DNA from: the human T2T-CHM13v2.0 reference genome, Homo sapiens
Direction: 5' to 3' (one strand)
Length of the DNA: 64,000 bases
Assembly (NCBI RefSeq): GCF_009914755.1
Contig: NC_060933.1
The notes under the pieces are model-generated. The model saw nothing but the letters and a program-made list of their open reading frames with translations. It was not told where the DNA came from and did no database searches. Positions 24,412 through 37,804 of this stretch are shown here, piece after piece. The position numbers and the translations under genes are program-made. Position 1 is the stretch's first letter. Each line of letters starts with the position of its first letter.

Positions 24412-26704
24412 TGTATTAGTCCATTTTTATGCTGCTATAAAGATACTACCCAAGATAGTAATTTATAAACAAAAGGGGTTTAATTGACTCACAATTCCGC
24501 ATGGCTGGGAAAGCCCCAGGAAACTTACAATCATGGCAGAAGGGGAAGCAGGCACCCTCTTCACAAGGCGGCAGGAGAGAGAAAGAGTGTGTGTGGGAGG
24601 AAATATCAAACACAAGTAAAAGCATCAAATCTCATGAGAACTCATTCACTATCATGAGAACAGCATGGGGGATTCCACCCCCATGATCCAATCATCTTCC
24701 GCCAGGTCTCTCAACACCTGGGATTACAATTAAAGATGAGATTTGGATGGGACACAAAGCCTAACCATATTATTCTCCCCCTGGACCCTCCCAAGTCTCA
24801 TGTCTTTTCACATTTAAAAACCAATCATGCCTTCCCAACAGTCGCCCAAAGCCTTATCTTATTTCAATATTGCCCACAGTCCATAGTCTCATCTGAGACA
24901 AGGCAAGTTTCTGCTGCCTATGAGCCTGTAAAATCAAAAACAAGTTGGTTACTTCCTAGATACAAAGGAGGTACAGGCATTGGATAAATGCTTCCATTGC
25001 AAATGTGAGAAACTGGTCAAAACAATGGGCTACAGGCCCCAAGCAAGTGTAAAACCCAGTAGAGCATTCAGTAAATCATAAAACTCCAAAATAATCTTAT
25101 TGGAATCTATGTCTCACATCTAGGTCAGGCTGATTTAAAAGGTGGGCTTCCATGGCCTTGGGCAGCTCTGCCCCTATGGCTTTGCAGGGAACAGCCCCCT
25201 GCCCCAGCTGCTTTCACGGCTAGTGTTGAGTGTCTGTGGTTTTTCCAGGTCCATGGTGTAAGCTGTTGGGGGATCTACCATTCTGGGGTCTAGAGAAGGG
25301 TGGCCCTCTTCTCACAGCTCCACTAGGCAGTGCCCCAGTCAGGACTCTGTGTGGGGGCTCCAACCCCATGTTTCCCCTTTGCACAACCCTAGCAGAGGTT
25401 CCCCAAGAGGGCTCCGGCCCTGCAGCAGACTTCTGCCTGAACATCCAAGTGTTTCCATACATCCTCTGAAATCTAGGCAGAGGTTTTCAAATCTCAGTTC
25501 TTGTCTTCTGCATACCTGCAGGCCCAATACCATGTGGAAGCCACCAATACTTGGGGGTTACACCTTCACAGCCTGAGCTGTACCTTGGCCCCTTTTAGCC
25601 CTGGCTGCTGGTATGCAGGGCATCAAGTCCTGAGGCTGCACAGAGCAGTGGGGCCCTGGGCCCAGCCCATGAAACCATTTTTTTCTCCTAGGCCTCTGGG
25701 CCTGTGATGGAAGGGGCTGTCACAAAGGTCTCTGACATGCTCTGGAGACATTTTTCCCCATTGTCTTTGCTGTTAACATTCTAATTAATTCTAATTCTAA
25801 TTCTAATTCTAACATTCTAATTCTCATTACTAATGCAAATTTCTGCATCAGGCTTGAATTTCTCCTCAGAAAATAGGTTTTGCTCTTCTATCAGATGGTC
25901 AGCCTACAAATTTTCCAAACTTTTATGATCTGTCACCTCTTGAATGCTTTGCTGCTTAGAAATTTGTTCTTCCAAATACCATAAATCATCTCTCTGAAGT
26001 TCAAAGTTCCACAGATCTTTAGGGCAGGGGCAAAGTGTCACTAGTCTCTTTGCTAAAGCATAATAAGAGTGACCTTTACTCCAGTTCCCAATAAGTTCCT
26101 TATCTCCATCTAAGACCATCTCAGCCTGGACTTCATTGGCCATATCATTATCAGCATTTTGGTCAAAGCATTCAACAAGTCTCTAGGAAGTTCTGAACTT
26201 TCCCACATCTTCCTGTCTTCTTCTGAGCCCTCCAAACTGTTCCAACCTCTGTCTGTTACCCAGTTCCAAAGTTGCTTCCACATTTTGGGTATCTTTATAG
26301 CAGGACCCCACTCTCTATGGGTACCAATTGACTGTATTAGTCTGTTTTCATACTGCTGTGAAAAAATCCCTTAGACTGGGTAATTTGTAAAGAAAAGAGG
26401 TTTAATTGGCTCACAGCTCCACATGGCTGGGGAGGCCTCAAAAACTTACAATCATGGAAGAAGGGGAAGCAGGCATGTCTTACATGGCAGCAGGTGAGAG
26501 AGAAGTGCAAGCAGGTGAGACACCAGACACTTACAAAATCATCAGATCTCAAGAGAACTCACTCACTATCACAAGAACAGCATGACCATATTATTGAAAA
26601 ATGGCCCCATGATCCAATCACTTCCTACCAGGCCTCTCCCTCAACACCTGGGGATTACAATTCAAAATGAGATTTGGGTAGGAACACAAAGCCTAACCAT
26701 ATCA
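24412..26704 (-). mobile_element. Complete THE1 (THE1D-like) MaLR element: LTR 24412-24772, internal 24773-26332, LTR 26333-26704
   Basis: Both LTRs run tgtattagtc...aaccatat(t/c)a; typical THE1 internal sequence; perfect TSD GATAA at 24407-24411 and 26705-26709. Confidence 0.95.
25779..25826. repeat. (TTCTAA)n microsatellite inside THE1 internal region
   Basis: ttctaattaattctaattctaattctaattctaacattctaattctca. Confidence 0.9.
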
Positions 26705-26739
26705 GATAACATCATGGTTCCTAAGGCTTTGTTTTTATT

Positions 26740-27357
26740 TGTTAAGGTTCAGAAAATAATAATCCAAAGTATGATGTTTTAACATGCTGAACACTTTGAA
26801 TTAAGGACATTAAAAGGCCTTAGAAACTGCCTCAGAATCAAGACCTCTCTAACCTTTCCTGTTTCTACCCTGCTAAGTGCAGGGAGGGGCCCTCTTTAAA
26901 GTTCCATTATCCTGACTGAGGAAACTCTTCCAAAAGAAATGTCATTATCTTGGAACCCCTTTCCTGGAATCTATATTAACCGGAGGAGTTTAACTCTTAT
27001 TGCTAGAGAGGAAACTAAAAGTCTCCATGCGCAGAAGACCATATCTGGACAGATTTTTTTTTTTTTTTACCTGTTCTTTCAACTATTCTTCTAAGAGCTT
27101 TTAGAGAGATTTTATCTGCATAATAAAACAACTTTTGTTCACAGTGCAATTCCACCCTTACCTGCCCATAACTGTTGCCATATCCCCTAGAGCCCAAAGA
27201 ATCTTTGTTCCAGGCTATTGTCTGATATTTGGTTCCATTCATTTCCCCTAAAACTCATTTACTCTTCCTGTAAAATTGTCCACAGTTCCCACTTCCCTCC
27301 CACTATGAAATGGGTATTCAATCCAACAGTTTGGTCCTACTTTGAGTCTCATTTATT
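26740..27357 (+). mobile_element. MER39/MER34-group ERV1 solo LTR, 5' part
   Basis: Starts 'tgttaaggttcagaaaataataatccaaagtatg'; TSD TATT at 26736-26739 and 35300-35303. Confidence 0.75.
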
Positions 27358-27411
27358 GTTGTTGCTGTTTAGTAAGTAAATGTATTGTGTTCTTCTATGA
27401 CTACCCTCTAA

Positions 27412-30400
27412 TTTCTTTGTTTTTTAAAAGAAGATTTTGTGAGTACTTAGTAGGATGTTTATATTTATGGGGTACATGAAATGTTTTGATACAGACATGG
27501 AATGCAAAATAAGCACATCATGGAGAATGGGGTATCCATCCCTCAAGCATTTATCCTTTGAGTTAAAAAAATCCAATTATACTCTTTAGATTATTTTAAA
27601 ATGTACAATTAAGTTGTTAAGTGACTGTAGTCACCCTATTGTGCTATCAAATACTAGGTCTTATTTAGTCTTTCTTTTTTTATATACCAATTAACCATTC
27701 TCACCTACCACATTCAGCCCCCCACTATGTTTGCCAGCCTCTGGTAACCATCCTTCTACTCTCTATCTCCATGAGTTCAATTGCTTTGATTTTTAGATCC
27801 TACAAATAAATGAGAACATGCAATGTTGGTCTTTCCAAGCCTGGCTTATTTCACTGAACATAATGATCTCCAGTTCCATTCATGTTGTTGTAAACGACTA
27901 GATCTTATTTTTTTATGGCTGAATAATAGTCCATTTTGTGTACGTACCACATTTTCTTTAGCCATTTATCTGTTGATGGACACTTAGGTTGCTTCCAAAT
28001 CTTAGCTATTGTAAACAGAGCTGCAACAAACATAGGAGTTCAGAAATCTCTCTAATATAATGATTTCCTTTCTTTTGACTATATAGCCAGCAGTGGATTT
28101 GCTGGATCATATAGTTGCTCAATTTTTAGTTTATTGAGAGACTTCCAAACTGTTCTCCATAGTGGTTGTACTAACTAACATTCCCACCAACAGTGTTTGA
28201 GGATTCCCTTTTCTCCACATCCTGGCAAGCATTTGTTATTGCCTGCCTTTTGTATAAAAGCCATTTTAACCATTTTAACTGGCATGAGATAGCATCTTAT
28301 TATAGTTTTGACTTGCATTCCCCTGATGATCAATGATGTTAGCACATTTTCATATGCATGTTTGCCACATGTGTGTCTTCTTTTGAGAACTGTCTATTCA
28401 AATCTTTTGCCCTTTTAAAAATCAGATTATTAGATTTTTTTCCTACAGAGTTGTTGGAGCTCCTCATACATTCTGGTTATTAATCCCTTGTCAGACATGT
28501 AGTTTGCAAATATTTTTTCCCATTCTGTGGGTTGTCTCTTCACTTTGTGGATTGCTTCTTTGCTATGCAGAAGGTTTTTAACTTGATAGGATTTCATTTG
28601 TCCATTTTTTGCTTTGGTTGCCTGCACTTGTGGGATATTGCTCAAGAAATCTTTCACTGATGTTTTACAGTTTTCATTAGTGAGATCTTTCACTTCTTTG
28701 GTTAATTCTTAAATATTTAATTTTATGTGTGGCTATTTAAATGGAATTAATTTTTATTTCTTTTTACGAGTGTTCACTGTTGGCATATAGAAATGCTACT
28801 GATTTCTGCATATTGATTTTGTATTCTGCAACATAACTGAATTTGTTTATCAGTTTTAATAGTTTTCTTGTGGGGTCTTTAGGTTTTTCCAGATACAAGA
28901 TTATATCATTAGCAAACAAGGATAATTTGAATTCTTACTTTTCCATTTTGATGCCCTTTATTTGTTCTCTTCTGTGATTGCTCTAGCTAGGACTTCCAGT
29001 ACTATATTGAATAACAGTGGTGACAGTGGGCATCCTTGTCATGTTTCCAATCTTAGAGGAAAGGCTTTCAGTTTTTCCCCATTCAGTATAGTACTTGCTG
29101 TCGGTATGTCATATACGGCTTCTATTATGTTGAAGTATGTTCCTTCTATCCCCAGGTTTTGAGGATTTTTATCATGAAGAGATGTTGAATTTTACCAAAT
29201 GCTTTTTCAGCGTCAATCGAAATGATCATATGGTTTTTATCCTTCATTCTGTTGACATGATGTATCACTTTCATTGATTAGTTATGTTGAACCATCCTCA
29301 CATCCCAGGGATAAATCCCACTTGATTATGATGAATGATATTTGTAAACTATTTTTGAATTTGGTTTGCTAGGATTTTGTTGAGGATTTTTGTATCAATG
29401 TTCATCAGTGATACTGGCCTGTAATTCTATTTTTTAATCTGTCTTTGTCTGGTTTTGGTATCAGGATAATACTGGCCTCATAGAATGAGTTTGGAAGTAT
29501 TTCCTGCTCCTTTATTTTTTTTGGAATAGTTTGAGTAGAATTAGTATTAGTTCTTAAAATGTTTGGTAGAATTGAGCAGTGAAGCCATCATATCTCAAGG
29601 TTTTGTTTGTTTGTTTTGTTGTTGTTGTTTTATTAACTGGGAGACTTTTTATTATGACTTTAATCTTGTTACTTGTTATTGCTCTCTTCAGGTTTTGGAT
29701 TTCTTCTCAGTTCAGTCTTGGTAGGTTGTATGTGTCTAGAAATTTCTTCATTCTTCTAGATTTTCCAATTTAATGGCATATAGTTGCCCTTACTAGCCAC
29801 TAATGAGCCTTTGAATTTCTGTGGTTTCAGAAGTAATGTCTCTTTTATCATTTCTGATTGTATGTATTTGGATCTTCTCCCTTTTTATTCTCAGTCTGGT
29901 TAAAAGTTTGTCCATTTTGTTTAACTTTTCACTTCTTTGTTTTCTCAGTCTGGCTAAAAGTTTGTCCGTTTTGTTTAACTTTTCAAATAACCAACTTTTA
30001 ATTTTTTCTATTGTCTTTTTCACTTCATTTTTATTTATTTCTGCTCTAATCTTTATTATTTCTTTTCTTCAACTAATTTTGGGTTTGGTTTGTTCTTGCT
30101 TTTCTAATTCTTTAAGAGGCATTGTTAGATTGCTCATTTGAAATTTTTCCTCCTTTTTGGGGTAGAAACTTATAGCTATAAATTTCCCTCTTAGTGCTCC
30201 TTTTGCTGTATTACATAGGTTTTGGCATGTTGTGTTTCCATTATCATTTGTTTTAAGAAATTTTTCAATTTCCTTCTTAATGTTTTTCATTTACCCACTG
30301 GTCATTCAGGAGCATATAGTTTATTTTCCACACATTCATATACTTTGCAAAATTCCTCTTGTTATTAATTTCTAGTTTAATTCCATTGTGGTCAGAGAAG

Positions 30401-33400
30401 ATACTTAATATTATTTCCATTTCTCTAAATGTTTTAAGACTTGTTTTGTGACCTAATGTATGGTCTATTTTGGAGAATAATCCATGTGCAGAGGAAAAGA
30501 ATGTGTATTCTGCAGCTCTTAGATAAAATGTTCTGTAAATATCTATTAGATCCATTTGGTCTATAGTGCAGACTAAGTCTAATATTTCCCTGTTGATTTT
30601 CTGTTGGGAAGATCTGTCTCATAATAAAAGTTGGATATTGAAATCTCAACTATTATTGTATTGGGGCCTCTCTCTTTACCCATAAGAATATTCCCTTTAT
30701 ATATCTGGGTGCTCCAGTGTTGGGTACATGCATATTTAAAATTGTTTTATTCTCTTGCTAAATTGCCCCCTTTATCATTACATAGTGACCTTCTTTGTCT
30801 CTTGTATAGTTTTGGTCTTAAAATCTATTTTGTCTCATATAAGTATAGTGACTGCTGCTATTTTTTGGTTTCCATTAGCATGGTATATCTTTTACCTTCC
30901 CTTTTATTTCAGTCTATGTGTGTTTTTATAGGTGAAGTGTGTTTCTTGCAGGCAACAGATTAATGGGTCATCTTTCTTAATCCATTCAGCCAGACTACGT
31001 CTTTTGTTTGAAGCATTTAGTCAATTTATATCTAAAGTTATTATTGATACATAAGGACTTACTCCTGCCATTTTATTATTTGTTTTCTGGTCACGATTTC
31101 CATCTTTCTTTTCTTCCTACCTTCCTCTACTGAAGGTGATTTTCTCTAGTGATATAATTTTTAGATTCCTGCTTTTTGTCTATTCATTGTATGTTCTTTG
31201 GTTTGAGGTCACTATGAGGCTTGCTAATACTATCTTACAAAGTTTTATTTTAACCTGATTACAACCTAACACTATTTGCATAAATAGACAAAGAAAAATA
31301 GACTAATACAAATGCCACAGCTTAATTTCACCCCCCAGTTTTTTTTTTTTAACTTTTTGTTGTTTCTATTTATATCCTCTTGTAATGACTATGTCTTGAA
31401 AAATTGTTGTAGTTATTATTTTTGATTGGTTCATTGTTGAGTCTTTCTACTTAGGATAAGAGTAATTTACATACCACATTTACAGTGTATAATATTTTGT
31501 GTTTTTCTGTGTTTTTACACAGAAAACCCAAGAGTTTTATGCCTTCGGGTGATTACATATTGCTCATTATTGTCCTTTTCTTTCTGATAGACGTATTTCC
31601 TTTAGCATTTCTTGTAGGACAGGTCTGGCATTGATGAAATCCCTCAGCTTTTATTTGTCTGGGAAAGTGTTTATTTCTCCTTCATGTTTGAAGGATAGTT
31701 TTACTGGATTTCCTATCCTAGCATAATTTCTTTTTCCATCAGCATTTTAAATATGTCATACCACTCTCTCCTAGCCTGTAAGGTTTCCACTGAAAAGTCT
31801 GATGCCAGACATATTGGAGCTCCATTGTATGTTATTTGTTTCTTTCCCTTGCTGCTTTTAGGATGCTTTTTTAATCCTAGACCTTTTGGAGTTTGATTAG
31901 TAAATACATTGAGGTAGTCTTCTTTGGGTTAAATCTGCATGGGGTTTTATAACCTTCCTGTACTTGAATACTGGTATCTTTATCTAGGCTTGGGAAGTTT
32001 CCTGTTATTAACTTTTTGAATAAACTTTCCATATCTCTTTCTCTACCTCCTCTTTTAAAGCCAATAAGTCTTACATTTGCTGTTTTGTGGATATTTTCCA
32101 GATTTTTCAGATGTGCTTCATTTTTTATTATTTTTTCTTCTCTGATTGTATTGTCAAATAGCCTGTCTTCAGCTCACTAATTCTTTCTTCTGCTTGATCA
32201 GTTCTGCTATTAAGAGACTGATACATTCTTCAGTGCGTCAATTGTGTTTTCAACCCTAAAATTTCTGCTTGTTTCTTATAATTATTTTAATCTCTGATAA
32301 ATTGATCTGATATAATTCTGAATTCCTTCCCTGTGTTATCTTGAATTTATTCAAGTTCCCTCAACATAGATATTATGAATTCTCGTCTGAGAGGTTACAT
32401 ATTTCTGTTTCTCTATGATTGGTCCCTGGAGACTTATTTAGTTCATTTGTTGAGGTCACGTTTTCCTGGATGGTCTTAATGCTTGTAGATGTCTGTTATG
32501 CCTGGACATTGAAGAGTTAGGTGCTTATTATAGTCTTCACTGTGTAAGTTTATTTGTAGCTGTCCTTCTGGGGAAGACTTTCCAGATATTTGAAAAAAAT
32601 TAGGTGTTGTGATCTAAGATGTTTCTGCTTTAGGGGGCACCCCAAACCCAGTAACATCATGATTCTTGGAGACTCATAGAGGTACTGTCTTGATGGTCCT
32701 GGGCAAGATCTGGAAGAATTATCTGGATTACCAGGCAGACTCTTGCTCTCCTCTCTTACTTTCCCCTAAACATAGTTTATCTGTTCTGAGCCACCTAAAG
32801 CTGGGGGCACAAAACACAAACACTCCTGTGGCCACCACCACTATGACTGCATTGGGTCTGACCTGAAGTCAGGACAACACTGGGTCTCACCCAAAATCTG
32901 TTGTAACTACTACCTGGGTAATACCTGTGTTCACTCAAGTCCCTGGACTTCTAAAATCAGCAGGTGGCAAGGCCAGACAGGCCTTTGTCCTTTCCTTCAA
33001 GGTGATGTAGTCCCCGAGGTGCTGGGTGGCTCCATACGTGTCATCGAGGAGTTAGGGAATAGAGTAAAAAACCTTAGTGTCTACCTGGTATTCTATTGTA
33101 TTGCAGCTAAAATGGCACACAAACCACAACACACACTTCTTCCCATGCTTCCGTCCCCTTTCTAAAGACAGAGGAGCCTCACTCGGTAGCTACTGCCACC
33201 CCAGGCCACAAAGAGTACTGCCAGACTACTGCCAATGTTCCCTTAAGGCCCACGCTTTCTTAAGTCAACTTGTCCTTAATGCTGGCTGGCCTGGGCTTCA
33301 CCCTTCAGGGCAACGGGCTCTTCTCTGTTCCACAGTAGGTTCACAAATGCCATCCAAGAGTCAGTTCCTGCAACTGAGGACTTCAGGAGCCCTCTTGGTG

Positions 33401-35152
33401 CTGTACCCATCTGTGGCCATGCTAATGCAAAGTCATAGTCCCCTTCACTTTTCCCTCTGCTTTTCTCAGGCAGAAGGAGTTTTACCCCAGAGCCACCACA
33501 GCTGGTAATAAGCTGAGTCTCACCTCAAGCCAGCAAGTTTCAGAGGCTTACCCAAGACCCTTGATATAGTACCTGGGTATCAAAGCTAATGATTCAGGGC
33601 CCAATCAGATGATGAATGCTTCCAGGACTGGGTCATTTTCTTCAAGCAAGGGGTTCCCTTCTGACCCAGGGTGTATCTAGAAATGTCATCTGGAAGCTAG
33701 AGTCTGGAACAGTGCCTTCATAACTATGACCAGTACCCTATCCTCCTGTGACTGAGCTGGTATCCTTGGTGCAAGACAAAGTCCTCCCCACTCTTTCCTC
33801 GCCTCTCTTTAAGTGGAAGGAAGGTCTCTTTGGAGAAGTGAGCCATGCAGCCTGGAGTGGTAATGCCAGCACTCCCTTGGCTACCCCAACTCCCCGGTCC
33901 ACTGTTTCTGGATCTAGTTCAGCACTAGGGCTCACCTAAGTTTTGCAGTCTTTGTGGCCTAGACTGACTTTCAAGTTTACTGGGAGACACAGAATGCTGT
34001 AGCCCTCGGTGGTGAAGTTTGCAGGCACTCAAGTTCAGACCACTGGGATCGGTTTTTCTCCTCTGGCTAGAGCTGGTTTAAATGCTCCCTTCCTTGCTGG
34101 GGATCAGCTGAGTTTGGTCTGCTTTTCCCTTCTGTTCTAATAGGACAGCACTAAGTTTCGTGCTTCACAATGTACCAGTAGGCAGCTAGTCAGGCCTGAT
34201 CAGGGCAAGAGAGTGCTCCCCACAACCTAACAGGAATGTCAAGTGACCATCACATGACGGTCAGGCAGCTGTCACACCGTTTCTCCAAAATAATAATTGG
34301 TAGCAGCCAGCACCAGGGAAAGGCAGTATCACAATAAATAGAAGCACCTGAAACTAATGATCAGTAGCTTCCCAATAAGCTCTCAAGAATTGGGCAAGTG
34401 AACTCAAGCATGCGCATTAAGAGGCAAAATGGCAGAATTTAACTGGTATATGACCTCTTAGGGATGTTCAACTGGTAAGAGAAGATTGCTTCAAGTGAGG
34501 GTGCATGCAATTCCAGTAAACACACTGAGCATGCTCCCCTCCCAAGTGCTTGCAGGCCACTGTGCATGGACAGCCAACCCCAAGGGAAGAATCAGGGGAG
34601 AAAGAACTCAAGACCCAGAAGTACGAAAATGCATTAAACCCCAAGTCAAAAGGTGAAACCGTGAGTGTGTCTTTCAAATCACCTGCTTGGCCCTCTTCCA
34701 ACCGTGCTTTCCTTCCTTTCATTCCTGCTCCAAAGCTTTTTAATAAACTTTCACTCCTGCTCTAAAACTTGCCTTAGTCTCTCCTTTTGCCTTATAGCCC
34801 TCAGTCAAATTCTTTCTTCTGAGGAGGCAAGAATTAAGGTTGCTGCAGATCCGTATGGATTCACTGCAGGTAACAACAACTGCTGTGTTCTCCCCTCCCC
34901 AGCACCCAGACATGCTTTTTGCACCACATCGCTGCTGCAGGGGGATGGGAGAGGGGTTGGCAATTCAGAACTGTTTTTTCTGTCTCTTCAGTGCCGCTTT
35001 CAGCAATATGAAGTTAAAACCAGATACTATGAGGGCTTACCGGATTTTTGGTTCTTAGGAAGGTGTTTTTTCTTTGTAGATGCTTGTTAATTTTGGTGCT
35101 CCTGTTGGGGGGATGATCAGTGGAAGCTTTATTCCACAGTTTTGCTCCACCC
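27412..35152 (-). mobile_element. End-to-end L1MA1-like LINE-1 with internal deletions; ORF1/ORF2 disrupted
   Basis: 3' end 'aagcacatcatggagaatggggtatccatc'; ORF2p pieces (MDLIDIYRTF...YTFFSSAHG, VKRQPTEWEKIFANY); 5' end about 35150; TSD 14/17 at 27341-27357 and 35153-35169. Confidence 0.92.
34171..34875 (+). mobile_element. MER50 ERV1 solo LTR inserted in L1 5'UTR
   Basis: TG...CA ends; 'aggaatgtcaagtgaccatca', 'gcatgcgcattaagaggcaaaatggc'; AATAAA; TSD ACAA at 34167-34170 and 34876-34879. Confidence 0.9.
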
Positions 35153-35299
35153 TCTGAGTCTCATATTTTGTGTAGCTCCCGCACATTTTTGCACGTTAAT
35201 ACATTTGTATGTGTTTTCTCCTGTTAATCTCTTCATTGTCAATTTATTTCAGCAGACAGTTAATCAAATCTTCATAGGGAAAATTTAAACTTCCCTATA
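35153..35299 (+). mobile_element. MER39/MER34-group LTR, 3' part
   Basis: 'ttaatacatttgtatgtgttttctcctgttaatct' resumes LTR after the L1 TSD. Confidence 0.75.
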
Positions 35300-35334
35300 T
35301 ATTTTCTATGCAAGTGAAAATATAAGGTTGTAGG

Positions 35335-35545
35335 TGAGAACCTGGGTTCAAGAGTTAAAACCAAAAAGCAGAATTCACATACCATTTTCACTGTGTGAAC
35401 TTGAATGTTATTTAACCTCAATATCTTCATCTCTAAAATAATGTATTAATAACAAGCTTCAGAGTGCTGTTTGAGGGTAAAATAACAAGCAAACTATAAG
35501 GCATATGGTGATTACACAATAAATCATATGTTACTATTATCTACA
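35335..35545 (+). mobile_element. MIR SINE
   Basis: 'cctgggttcaag...ctgtgtgaacttg...cttcatctctaaaata'. Confidence 0.7.
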
Positions 35546-37189
35546 AATGTTTACTATGACATATTATTATGACCAATTTACTATTTTAAAAAAGACTGAA
35601 TATATTAAATTCTATGTCATAGTTCACCTTGTTGGAAAACCACAGTCCCAGTTCCTTTAACTCCAAAGTATATTTTTCCTCCAAGTGCAAATATAGATAT
35701 GATAGTTTTTTTTTATTTTTGAATTTCAGCAATCTGTATCAACAAGCTCTGGAAAGGTGTTAAAAACAAACAAACAAAAGCCTAATGCTTACTCTTTGTC
35801 CTTGATAGAACGTATGTTAATAGTTAATGAAATCCAAGCAGAATGTCCTGCTTCAACCTTTTCATCTTCAAATCCATCTAGTCCTGGCTGTCATGCACCA
35901 ACAGGAAATATCTAGGAGGCTTCTTTGCCACCTGAATTTGTTTGTTCGTCTCTTTCTCCTTTACTAGGCCTGCATTAACATTTTCTTTCTTTTATGAAAA
36001 TATTCAAATGCAAACAGAAAGCAAAACACTTAATCCACTCTAGTAGGTCTGTGAGACATATGGCCTGTGGAGTAATTTAATCCAGCCCACCATGGAATCT
36101 GAAAATTGCTTCTTCAATCCCCTGCTGTACCCAAATCTGAATGCAGGAAGAACAGTCTCAGAAACAAGAGCTCCTGAGTGCTGTTTCTAAGGGGCAAGGC
36201 CACAGAGGTGTGCAACAGTAGGGGTTTATGAATTCAATTTACTCATACTCAAAGCAATGCAAGAGAAATAACTGTAGTTCTCCTCTCCTTTAAAGAACTC
36301 TGGGTTAGAATGGAAAGAATTCAAAGCTTCTAACTCATTTAGAGAAAATACAGAGCCAGATCTGACCCAGGACCAGAAGGAGACCTTCTAAAAATTCAAA
36401 TAGCTCCCATTGATAACTAATCCCTTGATGAGACAAAACTGACATTATCACCTTTTCAATAATGATGGTGCTTTGTGCAAACTACACCCCTCCACACATA
36501 CACTGTAAAAGCTAGTGATTTCTGCTGTTTTGTGTACACACTTTAACAGCTGATGATTTTTTAGATTTTTTAGGGAAAAAATACTATATAAACATGCCTA
36601 AACCTTTTTAAAAAGGGTTTTGGATATTCTTCTGTGAGTACATGTGATTAAAATACTTAATGATGTCTCTGCAAAAACGAAAGACTCTACATTTTAAGGA
36701 GTTACATCCCTTATAATAGTCTCATTAATTTGTTCACTCATAATGCTCACTCCAATTTAATTTTTATTATATTATTTTATCTTTCTTGGGTTTCTTAGTG
36801 GGTTTTCATTACCCATAGGGCTGCAGCATGTCCAAGCATGAACCTCACAATTTCATTAAGTTAATGCAGTGGCCAAGAAATGTAGTTCTTCATAAAAAAT
36901 GAGACATCTCCGAGAAACACAATTTGGTAGAGATATTAAAATAGTTTTTTTTAAATTCAGCAAGTCATCATCATTATATCCTAGAATATAGCAAGGCACG
37001 CAGAAGATGGCATACAAGCCTCCCTAACTGCATGCAATTGCTGAATTTGGAATTAGAGGATCTTTTGCCTCATCTTGGAACTGTCTCTTCATGCAGCTGT
37101 CCATTCAGTTAGTCTATTTACAAATAATTTTTGAATATTTTTATATCTGTAGGTGCTGTATGCAAATATGAAAAGCCAAAGTCCTCTTA

Positions 37190-37355
37190 TTTGCTGTCTG
37201 AACCTAGCCACGTCACTTAAACACCCTGAGCTCCAGTTCTTGCATTTACTAAATGGGGATACTACTACTTCATAGCCTTACTGTGAGGATTAAATAAAAT
37301 TATCTATGTAAAAGTGCCTCATACATCTAAGATGTTATAAAAATATTAGTTGGTG
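37190..37355 (+). mobile_element. MIR SINE
   Basis: 'gtcacttaaacaccctgagctccagtt...aaatggggata...gtgaggattaaat'. Confidence 0.8.
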
Positions 37356-37654
37356 ATGATTTCCCTGCTCACTGTATACAGAACACAGTGACTATGACAT
37401 TATTACCCTCTCTTAATTTTTGATGACCAAGAAGGACCTTCTCACTAAGAAATGACCCTTAACCAACATCTCTTTTTTATGTAAAACTACATTAAACTCT
37501 GTACATCCAGTCCATTGCATTTCCTTCCATTCTCATCCTTGGCAGGGGTCGGGGGAGGAAATTGTTCCATATCATGGAAAATGTTCCACACCTGCACTCT
37601 CCCAAGTCAAAAATTTACTTATATAATTTACTTTAATCTCACTTTCTAAGGACT

Positions 37655-37800
37655 TAATTTAGTGGTAAAATGAGAGGCTTTCTCAGACAAATCTGCTGGT
37701 GACTATTACCAAGTTCTATGACATTTTTGTCTCTTCATCCGTAAAATAAATAAAATATCTACTTAATGATGAATTATGAAAATTAGAAATGAACTGTGCA
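37655..37800 (+). mobile_element. MIR SINE (tail resumes about 38345-38425)
   Basis: 'ttagtggtaaaatgagaggctt...cttcatccgtaaaat'. Confidence 0.55.
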
Positions 37801-37804
37801 TACC

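Noticed and set aside
24773-26332. ORFs in THE1 internal region as a domesticated gene
   Set aside because: Fragmented into short pieces in different frames; ordinary decayed MaLR internal sequence.
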